DNA of 64,000 nt from NCBI GenBank assembly GCA_000165345.1, contig CM000436.1, positions 1,248,001 through 1,312,000 of the forward strand. The letters run 5' to 3'. The notes under the pieces are model-generated. The model saw nothing but the letters and a program-made list of their open reading frames with translations. It did no database searches and was not told the origin of the DNA. Position numbers and translations under genes: made by a program. Positions within the stretch are counted from its first letter, which is position 1; each line of letters begins with the position of its first letter. Of this stretch, positions 42,101 through 51,742 are shown piece after piece.

Positions 42101-43510
42101 ACCTCCAATTGGTGATCCTCCTACTATTTGCTTAGCTCTATTCAAGCTCTCTTCAGTGATTGATACCTTTTTTCCACTACCAGTGGAAAATGAAATGGGC
42201 ATGCTACTTCCAATTAGTGATCCTCCTAAAGGTGAACCTCCTACTATTTGCTTAGCCCTACTCAAGCTCTCTTCAGTGATTGATACCTTTTTTCCGCTCC
42301 CAGCGGAAAATGAAATGGGCAAGTTACCTCCAATTGGTGATCCTCCTAAAGGTGAACCTCCTACTATATGCTTACCTCTGTTAAAGTTTTCTTCATCTAT
42401 TGATACTTTTTTCCCACTCCCAGTGGAAAATGAAATGGGTAAATTAGTTCCAGTCTTGGACCTTCCAACTATGTTATTTTTTAACTTTTCAGTTGCAGTA
42501 AACCTGTCCAAATTAATTGAAGCATTTTCAGCAATCCCAAAAGAATGTGAAAAACAAAAGTTGTTTTCTGATTCAAATTGGCTTTCTTTTTCCTGTTGAA
42601 AATGATCGACTAACTCAATATTATCGCTTTTATTTTCTATAATATTTTTTGTACAAAAATTATTAGAAAATGGTAGATTTTTATCCTCAATAAAGTAATT
42701 TTCTTTGTCTAAACAATTACTTGAGTCCATAAAATTATCTTTTTCCTTACATTCATTTTTTGAAACCATCCCATCAATTTTGAATGAAATTAAATTTTGA
42801 ACATCAAATTCATTGAATTGTTTTTCTCCCATTTCTTTATCAAATCCAAAAGTATTATTAAAACTATTTGACTTTATTGATATTCCTCGATCAATAATTA
42901 TATCAGTTTCACTCTCCATAAAATCTTCAAGTTTATTACCATTGAATAGGACTTGATCTTTATTTGTATAATAAATTTCTGATATATTACGAGATTTTTC
43001 TGTCCCTCTAATTTCTCTTTGAAGAAAGTTAGTGTTATCATTCATTGATTTATCAGATTTATCAGAAACTCTTGTTTTTAAATCTGCTTTATTATTACTT
43101 TTGAAACTTGAACTCCCAACAAAACTCATTATATTTTGTAGAAACTCCTCGTTAGTTTGCTCAATCTTATTTAAAATGTTATTAGTATTTTTATTCTTAA
43201 TTTTGCTTTCAAACATCTTAGATGTAGCATGAGCTTCTGTTCCTAAATCAGTTTTCTTATTACCAATTAATAATTCACCTAGAGTTGGTTTTGAAATAGT
43301 ATTGGAAAATAAATTGTGATTTTTTGAAGCAGCTTCACAGTTCTCTAAAACTTTGGAAGAATTCAATAAATCTGACTCAAAGAATTTCTTGATTTCATCA
43401 TCTTCATTAAGAAGAATTTCCTGGTTTACACCATCTGTATTCGAACCAATATTTCCTTGAAACAACTCATCCAATAGGCATTGTCCAAGCTCATCCTCAT
43501 CCTTAGACAT
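39182..43510 (-). CDS. BRCA2: BRCA2 orthologue with eight tandem BRC (RAD51-binding) repeats and a C-terminal helical/OB-fold DNA-binding domain
   Basis: Eight repeats of about 40 aa carry the BRC core FS(T/A)(G/A)SGK(K/S)VSI(D/T)EESL(S/N)(R/K)AK; compare human BRC4 [23 protein letters not shown]. The C-terminal region TDGWYIVKILTNITLIKSLIQN...KLGF...VIVIHIFPICYKE parallels human BRCA2 OB1 [22 protein letters not shown]...KLGF...VDVIIQRAYPIQW. The start is a real ATG. Confidence 0.8.
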   Translation of the reverse strand: MSKDEDELGQCLLDELFQGNIGSNTDGVNQEILLNEDDEIKKFFESDLLNSSKVLENCEAASKNHNLFSNTISKPTLGELLIGNKKTDLGTEAHATSKMFESKIKNKNTNNILNKIEQTNEEFLQNIMSFVGSSSFKSNNKADLKTRVSDKSDKSMNDNTNFLQREIRGTEKSRNISEIYYTNKDQVLFNGNKLEDFMESETDIIIDRGISIKSNSFNNTFGFDKEMGEKQFNEFDVQNLISFKIDGMVSKNECKEKDNFMDSSNCLDKENYFIEDKNLPFSNNFCTKNIIENKSDNIELVDHFQQEKESQFESENNFCFSHSFGIAENASINLDRFTATEKLKNNIVGRSKTGTNLPISFSTGSGKKVSIDEENFNRGKHIVGGSPLGGSPIGGNLPISFSAGSGKKVSITEESLSRAKQIVGGSPLGGSLIGSSMPISFSTGSGKKVSITEESLNRAKQIVGGSPIGGNFPISFSTGSGKQVSIDEESLSRAKQIVGGSPSGGSPIGRNMPISFSTASGKSVSIDEESLNRAKKLVGGSPTGGSPIGGNMSISFSTGSGKKVSITEESLSRAKQIVGGSPSGGSPIGRNIPISFSTASGKSVSIDEESLNRAKKLVGGSPSGGSPIGGNMSISFSTGSGKKVSIDEESLNKAKKLVGGFESEIENASITSVKETIKQSLKDDAKLGIGCNVLGKTKSNMYPNLLQRNNYENTLNKKNRKLTREELVIPKFFKRYDSIQYSLACLKSRKVIPPTLILIDHSLETLKKYTFLLKDTKETDDSKGKYIEVDFRMICDEIENFFIQFPIFPSNMSRYRQRWLEVQYMLILYEECLNWSRKIKTTIKAFIKEFNGFNSIDKTRELLFSNLAQIKYPSIQRILRRICKRAIIEFFDAKRSSLIKICEGDFTVSAPLNLRILSYTDKVGLDEFNDSNTNRIMLCTDGWYIVKILTNITLIKSLIQNMPRNIFLCGGNWLNSNIEHGHPLEIEASTQDFPLMIYGINLVRPIRKLSGFKLGFHLKPLLFRISKLLNSSEISIISREPNDNEKRHSSMDKGGGLSFLVQVIVIHIFPICYKEMIETLQDDNKRIFITRDQNEMDISINNEIYEMYEKSLQQPESDSQDSPIENTKRRKISLESKLLVLDYWKFMNLKERNQQKIDMFELINNCSILTLPSGMDIDEITSIKPGTVIRLSWMKVIKNSTIRSLGCSFSKLVPSPKTSLTAKKRVNDDIILTRVIDFVKRPVLTFENDPENIINCKGGWPIRILGLILQVYQIEERKRGFEHCFEFKVLLLTSMGSKVFVRVHSMGSHDSDLRMCERVNNKLKRAFINSGELDYRDFIILIENTEFHSFERSTNLYYFNAKVPYSIFTTPYTLGEKHFSSNSTRRMLSKVIMDLSFHTKCNIPKLFDNHILDENSPQLPICTNCENKLSECKCITEELIML
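41525..42470. repeat. Tandem array of eight units of about 120 bp (a 240-bp higher-order period) encoding the BRC repeats of BRCA2
   Basis: Plus-strand blocks 41581..41820 and 41821..42060 are near-identical, with only a few substitutions. Units alternate between two subtypes. The antisense ORF 41400..42599 (399 aa) is an artefact of this array. Confidence 0.85.
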
Positions 43511-43825
43511 TACATAAATTCATCTACAAAATATATGACTTTGATTTGAACTAATATATGTGATAATATATTTTTATATTTCGGTTGCATGTGTAAACAT
43601 GTATTACAAAAATTCATTGTCCCTCTTAAAATTAAAACCTAAGTAGAATTAATATAGAAAACAATATTCCCGGTAAAGTAAAAAAGTCAATAAATTAAGT
43701 TCGAAACATTTAAACAAAACAAAATGATTAAATTAATTTAAACTGAACATTCAACTGAAACAAAATCCTATATAAATTAAGTATTATTTTTTAAATTTAT
43801 TAAATTTCATGAAAAATCCAAAAAG

Positions 43826-43897
43826 TGGACTGAACGGGAATCGAACCCGTGATCTTTTCGATGCGAACGAAACGTAGTACCACTATACTATCAGCCC
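43826..43897 (-). tRNA. tRNA-Ala (anticodon CGC)
   Basis: The reverse complement reads GGGCTGA TA GTAT AGTGGTA CTAC G TTTCG TTCGCAT CGAAA AGATC ACGGG TTCGATT CCCGT TCAGTCC A. G3:U70 is present, anticodon CGC sits in loop TTCGCAT, and a T5 terminator follows the 3-prime end. Track ORF 43800..43988 is spurious. Confidence 0.85.
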
Positions 43898-44040
43898 TGA
43901 ACACCGGAAGCGGTACCCAAAAAGAAGCAATGGAATCAAGTGCAATCAAATAATGAGTATCAAATTTAGGAAAAGAACAAGAGAACATTTAAACGAAAAA
44001 AAAACAACACAAAAATGTCTAATAGTTAGTGATTATAAAG

Positions 44041-44958
44041 CTAAAATACCAAATTAGAGTAGAAAAATTGTATCCGCATAATAAATGCAAAAATACCGAT
44101 AAAAATACCGACTATGCAACCCCATATGCATTGTGGAATAGTGTGATCTTCAACATACCATCTGGCCCATGGTACGGGGGCAGTAATTAATATAATGGAA
44201 AGTTTGAATAAGAAACCAGAAACAAAACCAAGAGCATTAATGTTTTCTAGTAATAGCCATATTAGAATAGAATATGAAGTTACGCAGTGGCTAGAAGGCA
44301 TTCCATAAGATGCACAAGCAGAATTTGGTGGTCTCGGGCTCTTGAAAATATTTTTAAGAAAAAATTCGCTCGAAGCTGAGGATGCAAGCATCATTATTAG
44401 AGCATATGCAGGTACAAAGCTGTCACCAATAAGGAGCCAAACAAATAATACAAGACCAATAATATAAGGTATGAAACTATAAAAAATCGCAAGAGCATTT
44501 TTTCTTGTTAATACTGGATGAATTGAAACTGAAAATAATCCAAAAGGATGAGTATATTGTCCAGATGAAACTTGAGAAGAAGTTAGAGAGTTCCTTCCTA
44601 TATTTGAAGAATAATCAGGATATACAATACCACATTCTAGATCATTCCATAATTCTGTTGAAGAACGCCAATATTTATCTAGTAGCTTCCCAGAACCCGG
44701 TGAAACAAATAAGTCATCGTTTTTAATCCTTGAAGTTTGAACGGAGCTAGACAACCCATTCCCATTATTAGAACCATTTACCCCATTAATAATGCTATTT
44801 GAGCAGCTGTTACTTGCACTGCCACTATTAATATTATTGCTACTAATCAATATACTTTCCGGATAGATTGATTTGCTCTGACGTATATTTCTTAATCCAG
44901 TAAATTGAGGATTATCAGTCAATGATTGCAAACTTGACGAAGCATTGCTTCCAAGCAT
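44041..44958 (-). CDS. PAP2-superfamily lipid phosphatase, likely dolichyl-diphosphatase (DOLPP1/Cwh8-like)
   Basis: The three phosphatase motifs are in order: KNIFKSPRP (KxxxxxxRP), YGMPSSHC (PSGH-like) and ARWYVEDHTIPQ (R-x5-H-x3-Q, the DOLPP1-type third motif ending in Q). They lie across hydrophobic helices. The N-terminal roughly 90 aa are Ser/Asn-rich low complexity. Confidence 0.55.
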   Translation of the reverse strand: MLGSNASSSLQSLTDNPQFTGLRNIRQSKSIYPESILISSNNINSGSASNSCSNSIINGVNGSNNGNGLSSSVQTSRIKNDDLFVSPGSGKLLDKYWRSSTELWNDLECGIVYPDYSSNIGRNSLTSSQVSSGQYTHPFGLFSVSIHPVLTRKNALAIFYSFIPYIIGLVLFVWLLIGDSFVPAYALIMMLASSASSEFFLKNIFKSPRPPNSACASYGMPSSHCVTSYSILIWLLLENINALGFVSGFLFKLSIILITAPVPWARWYVEDHTIPQCIWGCIVGIFIGIFAFIMRIQFFYSNLVF

Positions 44959-45390
44959 GTTAATAGCAATTCATATAGTCTCAGCACCGCCTACACTTGG
45001 TCAAAAATATTAAGTATTATTATACTTTAACTGAATACCAGCTTTTCAAGAATATTTAGTTTATCAACTTTACTTTGAAACTTTTGAATAGACGCCTCAA
45101 TTGTTATTCATGAAATAAAACTATCCAATAATCCAATCAAAATTTAGTGTTTTTACTACAATATCTCCACTAATTAACCAAAATTTTAAGTTTTCCTTTT
45201 GTCCTATTACATAATTTTAGTAAATCTACCAAAATATATTTATTATTGACCCGCCATTAGGCGGGCATTGTTTGGTTTGACTTGTGAATGAAATTAGAAC
45301 TGGGAGTATTAGTACACGTTTTTTTTGTGAAACGTCTAAAAATTACAATTGAGGGGAATATATTAAAATGAGTTATACAACACCGTATGA

Positions 45391-48300
45391 TTAATTTTTA
45401 TTTCTTTGTATATAATTCCTCAGTTCTTCGAGAGTTGTAATAAGATTCTCTCCAAGATCTGAAAGTTCCTCTCTAGAATCTGAACTAACTAACCTTATTA
45501 TTGGATCATATTTTATCCAATATTCTCTGAGTAAAAAAAACTCGTTTTCTGAAAATGAAAGCAATAGTTGCTGCAATACAGAATGTTGGAAAACTTTCAT
45601 TGCCAAAATAATTATTGCAAGGTTAGGAAGAATATCAATAGAAATAGAATTCTGTCTTTTCTTAGTAAGTCTAATGATTTGATCGTGTGTTTTGCACTCC
45701 CTGACTTCTGAATAGTTTGAGAAGAATTGAGCCAATAGAAAATGAAGAGATGTTGGCCAAATTAATTGTCTTGAGGGGAAAAAAATTGGAATAGATGAGT
45801 CAAAGAAAAATTCTACAAATTTTGGTCGCTTTACGTTGATGAAATAAAGACTCGGAAACATTTCCATTTGACAATATTGGCAAATCTTCCAGTTGTCTAT
45901 CTCTGTGTTTGTATACTCACACTTGGAGTACTCCATCCTGACATTATCTCTATACTTGCAAAATGAATTGCTGCAAACTCCTGATTCATTCAAAATTGTC
46001 CCACAACTTATTGAAAACATGTCCCATTGGCTCTTCAAAAATTCTTCTATATCTCTCTCCTCGCTTTCATTTATACTTTTCCATGAACTTTTGTTTATTA
46101 TATTATTTGAGCTCCCAATCGTTTTTCTCCCTAGAGATCGTTTTGAATTTGCTAGTACATCTATATTCATTTTAAGACCTCTGGAAGTAAGGTTTCTTGA
46201 TATTCCTATATTATTGGGAGTTATTTTTCTTTGAATCTCTCTAAAATCATTCATTATATTAGTTCCTTCCTCGATATTTGTGCTTCTATCTGATACTTTT
46301 AAGCTTTCTAAAGAAACATCTGGAACTTGAATTTGTGTTTGTGTTTGTACTAAACTATTCTCCTTGTTAATGGTTGAAACAGAAGGATAACATAAAACAT
46401 AATTCTGAGGAAGATTGTTTGTGTATAGTTGAGGAGTAAATGGTAAATTATTAACTAATAAGGGAATTTGAGTTGGAGAATATATATTTTGTTCTTTTAA
46501 ATCTCCCTTTAATAAATTATCCTTTTTTTTGTGTTTTTCTTTGCTCTTTTTACTCTTCTTCTTATGCTTACAATATTCTTTTGAGCTTTCTTTCTGATTA
46601 TACTCTTTTTTTATTATTAATCTTGGTCTCTCATTATTTCTTTTCAACCCTAATGTGAGAATTCCACTTTTTTTATTCTTAGCTAGTTGAATTCTATTAA
46701 AAGCATCCCTTGATTTGTCCTTAACTCTAAAATAATTTAGTTGTTTCTCATGATTGGGATGATTATGTTGACAGGATAATTTATTTGTTTCTCCTTTAAA
46801 ATGTACTTTATTAAGATTTGTCAAATTCCCAAATTCCACCTTTTGTTCTAAGCTTTGAACAGTTAAACTTTTCATCTGTAGTTCTAATTCCTTTTCCCTT
46901 AATTGAATCTCCCTTTCTCTCAATTCCAATTCTTTCTCTTTGATACTTTCTCCTAATTGTTTGCAATCTTTGGAAAAAATAGTTTGTGAAACTTCTCCGG
47001 TAACAATAATTTTTTTTATGTTCGAGCTTTGATTCTTTTCTTTATTAATATTATTCCCAATTAAATTCATACTTGACAAACATGATAATATTTCATTTCT
47101 AATTTCTTTTGTAGTTTCATTTTCTATTTTTGGAGAAAGTTTATTAAATTCAAGTGATTCCTTGGATTGATCTTCTGCCTCACTTTTAGTTCCTTTCCTA
47201 GATAACTTGAAGTTTATTTTACCCAGTTTTTTGAATATATTTGGATAAATATTTGAAACTAGCTGTGAATCTTTTGTATCAAGAAATGTCCCATCAGGAA
47301 AGCAAGAATAAATTGGAATTGAAATATTCCATTTATCATTCCTTTTTGGTAATGGACAAAATGCAGTACCTAAAATTGTACTGGGTTTTTTAAAGCTACA
47401 ATTTGAAGTATTTTTTTCATTTAAATTAACTCCTTCGAATGTTAAAGAAAAGTAATTACAATTATCATTGGTTTGATATATTTGCATGGAGAATTGGATT
47501 TTCTCAAAATCTTTTTGAATTTGATCAGTTGAACTATTACTACCCCAGTTAAGCTTAGATCCTTTAGATGAAAAAGTTTCTTTTGAAATTTGTGTGTTTT
47601 TGTTTGATTCAGATCCACTTTTGATATTTAATGTGATCCTGGGAACTATAGATTTTAATTCAATTTCATCACTGATAATGATTTCTTTTGTTTCAATATT
47701 AATAGAGGATATTTCAAATGAATAAAAAACCTTTTCATTCACCAAAGATGACTCCTTATCATCTGTAAATACTTTTTCTAAATTTTCCCAGCCTTCAAAT
47801 TTTCTAATCTCTTCCATGATTCTGTTGTTTTGATCCTTACTCCTATTATTTAACCTTAAATAGTTGTTTTGTTCGTTAAAGAAGTAGGGATTCAATGGAA
47901 TGTCATTTACTTCAGGTAGTCTTTGGATAGTTAACATTCCTTTTTTCAGTGAGCTAATTGTATTAATTACATCATTCCCTGAATTGTGCTTTTTCTCTTT
48001 TGATGTTTTTTCATTCTTATCCTTTGTGTAAATATCTTTTTTAAGTTTGAATCTTGACGATGAATTTGATGATGCTGATGAATCAATATATGAAGTAGAA
48101 CTAAATGAAGAACAGGATGAGGAAATACAAGATGAACAAGATGAAGAGGATGAAGAAGAACATGACGAACATGATGATGAATAAGGATTGCTACATGAGA
48201 TTGTAGCCGGGGAAAATAAGGAAGATGGAAGCGATGAAAAATTTGAGTATTCTATTGAAGAGGATGAATCTGAACTGTATGAGAGCGATGATAAGGATGA

Positions 48301-48714
48301 TGAAGAATTGTTTAAAGAAGTACAAACTGATTCTGTCTCATGATTTTTAGAGTGATTATAGTTATCTGGAACCACAAAGGATAGTCTAGAAGAACAAACT
48401 GATGATACTGGTTTATTTGTTGATGAATTTTTGCTGGAGCAGGTTTCCTCTAATCCTTTACTTAATTTCTCCATGTTATTAGACTTTTTCTTGGAGTTGC
48501 GTTCATTTTTACCTTTCTTGGGATTATTATGGTATGTTTTAACTTCAGTTTCAGGGAACCACTTTTTTAAAGTTTTGGCATGATAGGAGTTATCTGATTT
48601 ATCATTAATAAGTTCAGGGTAGTTTTTTTTATTCTTTTCGGAATTGTTCCCTTTTGATGACGAATCAGAACGCCACCAAATTGGAATTTCTTCCCTAGAC
48701 TTTCTTAAACTCAT
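45391..48714 (-). CDS. Large hypothetical Ser/Cys/Asn/Lys-rich low-complexity protein with a Cys-rich, zinc-finger-like conserved C-terminal domain
   Basis: 1107-aa ATG ORF with poly-Ser/Cys runs (SSCSSCSSSSSSSCSSCISSSCSS) and K/E coiled-coil stretches. The C-terminal roughly 250 aa are non-repetitive, with CSNSFCKYRDNVRMEYSKCEYTNTEIDNWKICQYCQ. Confidence 0.5.
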   Translation of the reverse strand: MSLRKSREEIPIWWRSDSSSKGNNSEKNKKNYPELINDKSDNSYHAKTLKKWFPETEVKTYHNNPKKGKNERNSKKKSNNMEKLSKGLEETCSSKNSSTNKPVSSVCSSRLSFVVPDNYNHSKNHETESVCTSLNNSSSSLSSLSYSSDSSSSIEYSNFSSLPSSLFSPATISCSNPYSSSCSSCSSSSSSSCSSCISSSCSSFSSTSYIDSSASSNSSSRFKLKKDIYTKDKNEKTSKEKKHNSGNDVINTISSLKKGMLTIQRLPEVNDIPLNPYFFNEQNNYLRLNNRSKDQNNRIMEEIRKFEGWENLEKVFTDDKESSLVNEKVFYSFEISSINIETKEIIISDEIELKSIVPRITLNIKSGSESNKNTQISKETFSSKGSKLNWGSNSSTDQIQKDFEKIQFSMQIYQTNDNCNYFSLTFEGVNLNEKNTSNCSFKKPSTILGTAFCPLPKRNDKWNISIPIYSCFPDGTFLDTKDSQLVSNIYPNIFKKLGKINFKLSRKGTKSEAEDQSKESLEFNKLSPKIENETTKEIRNEILSCLSSMNLIGNNINKEKNQSSNIKKIIVTGEVSQTIFSKDCKQLGESIKEKELELREREIQLREKELELQMKSLTVQSLEQKVEFGNLTNLNKVHFKGETNKLSCQHNHPNHEKQLNYFRVKDKSRDAFNRIQLAKNKKSGILTLGLKRNNERPRLIIKKEYNQKESSKEYCKHKKKSKKSKEKHKKKDNLLKGDLKEQNIYSPTQIPLLVNNLPFTPQLYTNNLPQNYVLCYPSVSTINKENSLVQTQTQIQVPDVSLESLKVSDRSTNIEEGTNIMNDFREIQRKITPNNIGISRNLTSRGLKMNIDVLANSKRSLGRKTIGSSNNIINKSSWKSINESEERDIEEFLKSQWDMFSISCGTILNESGVCSNSFCKYRDNVRMEYSKCEYTNTEIDNWKICQYCQMEMFPSLYFINVKRPKFVEFFFDSSIPIFFPSRQLIWPTSLHFLLAQFFSNYSEVRECKTHDQIIRLTKKRQNSISIDILPNLAIIILAMKVFQHSVLQQLLLSFSENEFFLLREYWIKYDPIIRLVSSDSREELSDLGENLITTLEELRNYIQRNKN

Positions 48715-49464
48715 ACATTAGAAGGTATTATATAAAAGATCTTTCTCAAAATTAAAATTTACTACTTTTTTCCACTAACCAATCTCATTTATTGGCTTCA
48801 CACTTTTGCGTTACGTCTAAACTATACATTTGACTAAGTTAATTTAAAAACATTAGTATGCCTTAAATATTTCGGGTATATGAAATCTATCATCTTAATT
48901 CCAAATCCTTTTCTGGCTTTTATTTCCCATTTTTTTAGCTTTTTTTCTCCATACAATTTTACATGCAAATAATCACTAAATAATCATTTTCAATATTGGC
49001 GCCAATATGTTCGATACCATATAATTATTAATAGTGGTAATAATTGCATCAAATTTAAAAAAATGGAGTGGAAGGCATAATAATAAGTTTAAAGAATTAG
49101 AGCTTAGCTATATTACCTTTTGATTTAAAGAAATTTGTTCACAAATCTTGGAATTTAGTGATCATAATTATATTCTAAGTATGTTTTTGGTAAAATGGAA
49201 CATTTTTTTTAAGATAAATTAAGTTACTAAATTGAAAGAAACACACCAATAATATTTGTCTTAAAGAATCAGTATTTGAGGCTCACCTCAATTCTTGACT
49301 TTTAAACATTCTTGAAATACTTAATTTAATGCATGAAAAATACCGCCATTGATACCTTGTGTCTCCTGATCAAGTGAAAATAACCAAATAATGGGAAAGT
49401 AATAAAAGAAAAGTTATTGGATCTAAGTTTGAATTAAAATAATTAAGGCTTGAGAAATCTTATA

Positions 49465-50496
49465 ATGGTGGATTTATTTAGGGCTGCGCTACTATTTCCT
49501 TTATTTTTAATAATTATTTGTATATCTCTCCCTTTTACTGAATGCGAGAGAATACATGAGCTCACAAAACTCAAACAAGAGAGCCCAAATAGTTTGATTA
49601 ATTTCAACTTTACAGGATATCAACACTTCGTCTTGATGGATGGAAGAGACTATGACTTGGTTATCCTTTATACAGGAACGAAAAAGTCCTGTCCATCATG
49701 TGTGACCTCTAGTAATAATTTCGAGGTTGCAGCTAAAAATTACTACAAACAATTAAAGCCAAATCAGAAAATATTTTTTGGATATTTATATGTGGATAAA
49801 GTAGAGAATGTGGTTGGAATTCATAAGCTTAGGTTCCTTCCAGCAATAATTTATATTGAATCTACAAAGCAATTTATAACTTCATCTCTTTCATTTAGTA
49901 GAGAAAGCCAGTGGAGAATTCCAGAACAAAAAGATATTTCTAGCGTTGCTATGATAAAATTTTTGAATTCTAGAACTGGAAATAATTTTGAGATAATCTT
50001 AAGCTTTGAAGAAAAAGTTAAGAGAATCTCAATGCTCATATTTTTATTAATTGTATCCATTTTATGCATATACAATATTATTATGCTAGCAAGAAATAAA
50101 CCTTTCATCATAATGATACTAGCAATAATTGCATGTTCAATCTCAATGTCTGGAATAGTTTACAGCATTCAACATGGAAAGTATCAATCAAGAGACTTCT
50201 TTGTTCAAAACCCGAGAGTACAGAATCTACATGAGGGTATGCTAATGTCTATACTTATGACATTATCTTCATTATTCCTATTTCTTACTCCTTTTGTTAT
50301 TCACGGAAAAATCTTTATTTTCAAGCGTAAGATCCCAGGCTGGTCAGCACTCATATTGCTTATTTCCTTCATTTTTTCGGTACTTTGTATTTATTTCGGC
50401 TACAAGATGAAAGTCTCATGGTATGCACCTACTTTCTATCCTCCTCCGGGATATCTCAAGGGACCCTTACTAGTAGATAGAGGCAACTCCTTCTAA
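49465..50496 (+). CDS. OST3/OST6 (TUSC3/MagT1) family oligosaccharyltransferase subunit. The true ATG is at 49465; the track start at 49450 is TTG.
   Basis: A signal peptide is followed by a luminal thioredoxin-like domain with CxxC (KKSCPSCVTSSNNFEVAAKNYY), then four C-terminal transmembrane helices. This is the OST3/6 architecture. Confidence 0.55.
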   Translation: MVDLFRAALLFPLFLIIICISLPFTECERIHELTKLKQESPNSLINFNFTGYQHFVLMDGRDYDLVILYTGTKKSCPSCVTSSNNFEVAAKNYYKQLKPNQKIFFGYLYVDKVENVVGIHKLRFLPAIIYIESTKQFITSSLSFSRESQWRIPEQKDISSVAMIKFLNSRTGNNFEIILSFEEKVKRISMLIFLLIVSILCIYNIIMLARNKPFIIMILAIIACSISMSGIVYSIQHGKYQSRDFFVQNPRVQNLHEGMLMSILMTLSSLFLFLTPFVIHGKIFIFKRKIPGWSALILLISFIFSVLCIYFGYKMKVSWYAPTFYPPPGYLKGPLLVDRGNSF

Positions 50497-50788
50497 TAAA
50501 TATAGCTTCACCTGTATAGTAAAATAAGTGTCGATAACAAACTAAATATCTCGTTCAAAATAGACAAAAAAAATTATATAAGATAAAATTAAGCAGTAAC
50601 TATACTACCATAACTAGCCCCAAAGAGCAACATATACTATTTGTGGCGTCTAGTAACGCCTGTCATAAAACATAAGGCCTGATGATCACCCTGTTAAAAA
50701 GCAACCTCCAGTCCAAATTCCCTAACGGTTGAAATGATTAACGCGAACGCCTTAGCCTCTCCTGTTGCGATGGTAAAATCTGGGTAAT

Positions 50789-51115
<327 letters not shown>

Positions 51116-51742
51116 TTAATATTAAATTTAAGTTGTTGAATGGAGTTCGAAGTAGACTGCGCTCAACTGAAACTCGTCCAGGCTCTTGCCTGCTTATCCT
51201 AAGGGAGATTTTCGGCACCCTTCCACACTTTCATGTGGACTAAGGTTCAAATATGGACGTCATTCTCCTGTCTATAGAAAGAGCTATTGTGGACAAAGCC
51301 ACTTTTGGATTTTACTAAATGAGGGGTTGCCGCTCAAATGCGGGAGGTCTTAATACATTTAACTTATTAATAAAGATACAAGTGTGGGTAAATTATATTA
51401 GGATATCATTACAATTCTAGATTGATAAAAATCGACTTTCTTTTTTTTCCCTGGTAACTTTTCACTGAGCTGTGTTACATTAATATATTTTACTGTCCAG
51501 CCATTAGTCCATTCAACAGCGTTTGTCTCCAAGTTTTGAATTAATACTCGTGATATCTATTTACATATATTTTAGAGATGAAGCTATTCTTTGTTCTTTT
51601 TATTTATTGATCTCCCTGCTTTTTTTTCCTGATTTTACTTAGGTTCCTTACTTTAGGGAAGATTGTTAAGTATTCTATCAAATATTTGGCGCCATCAATA
51701 AGAGAAGTGAACATAATTTGAGATGTAAATCAGAATGGACAA

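Noticed and set aside
41400-42599. 399-aa plus-strand ORF (MGYILLFVFPKTLHP...) overlapping the BRCA2 repeat region
   Set aside because: It is the antisense reading of the BRC tandem array. Its internal 40-aa periodicity just mirrors the 120-bp DNA repeat. BRCA2 on the minus strand has strong homology support, whereas this frame has none and a hydrophobic/Pro composition typical of antisense artefacts.
43800-43988. 62-aa minus-strand ORF
   Set aside because: It completely covers the tRNA-Ala(CGC) gene; the ORF is a by-product of translating tRNA sequence.
50640-50788. GC-richer 3-prime flank of histone H4 with a TGATGA (box-C-like) motif and a GGCGT-N6-ACGCC hairpin, a possible C/D snoRNA or histone 3-prime stem-loop
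   Set aside because: No D box (CTGA) at an appropriate distance, no terminal stem, and the hairpin is unlike the metazoan histone stem-loop. It is most simply the H4 3-prime UTR. It might still merit an Infernal scan.
51336-51345. U5 snRNA loop-1 decamer TTTTACTAAA
   Set aside because: I could not form the flanking stem 1 or find an Sm site or 3-prime stem-loop. A 10-mer of this composition is not improbable by chance in AT-rich DNA. It is kept only as a low-interest finding, not as a feature.
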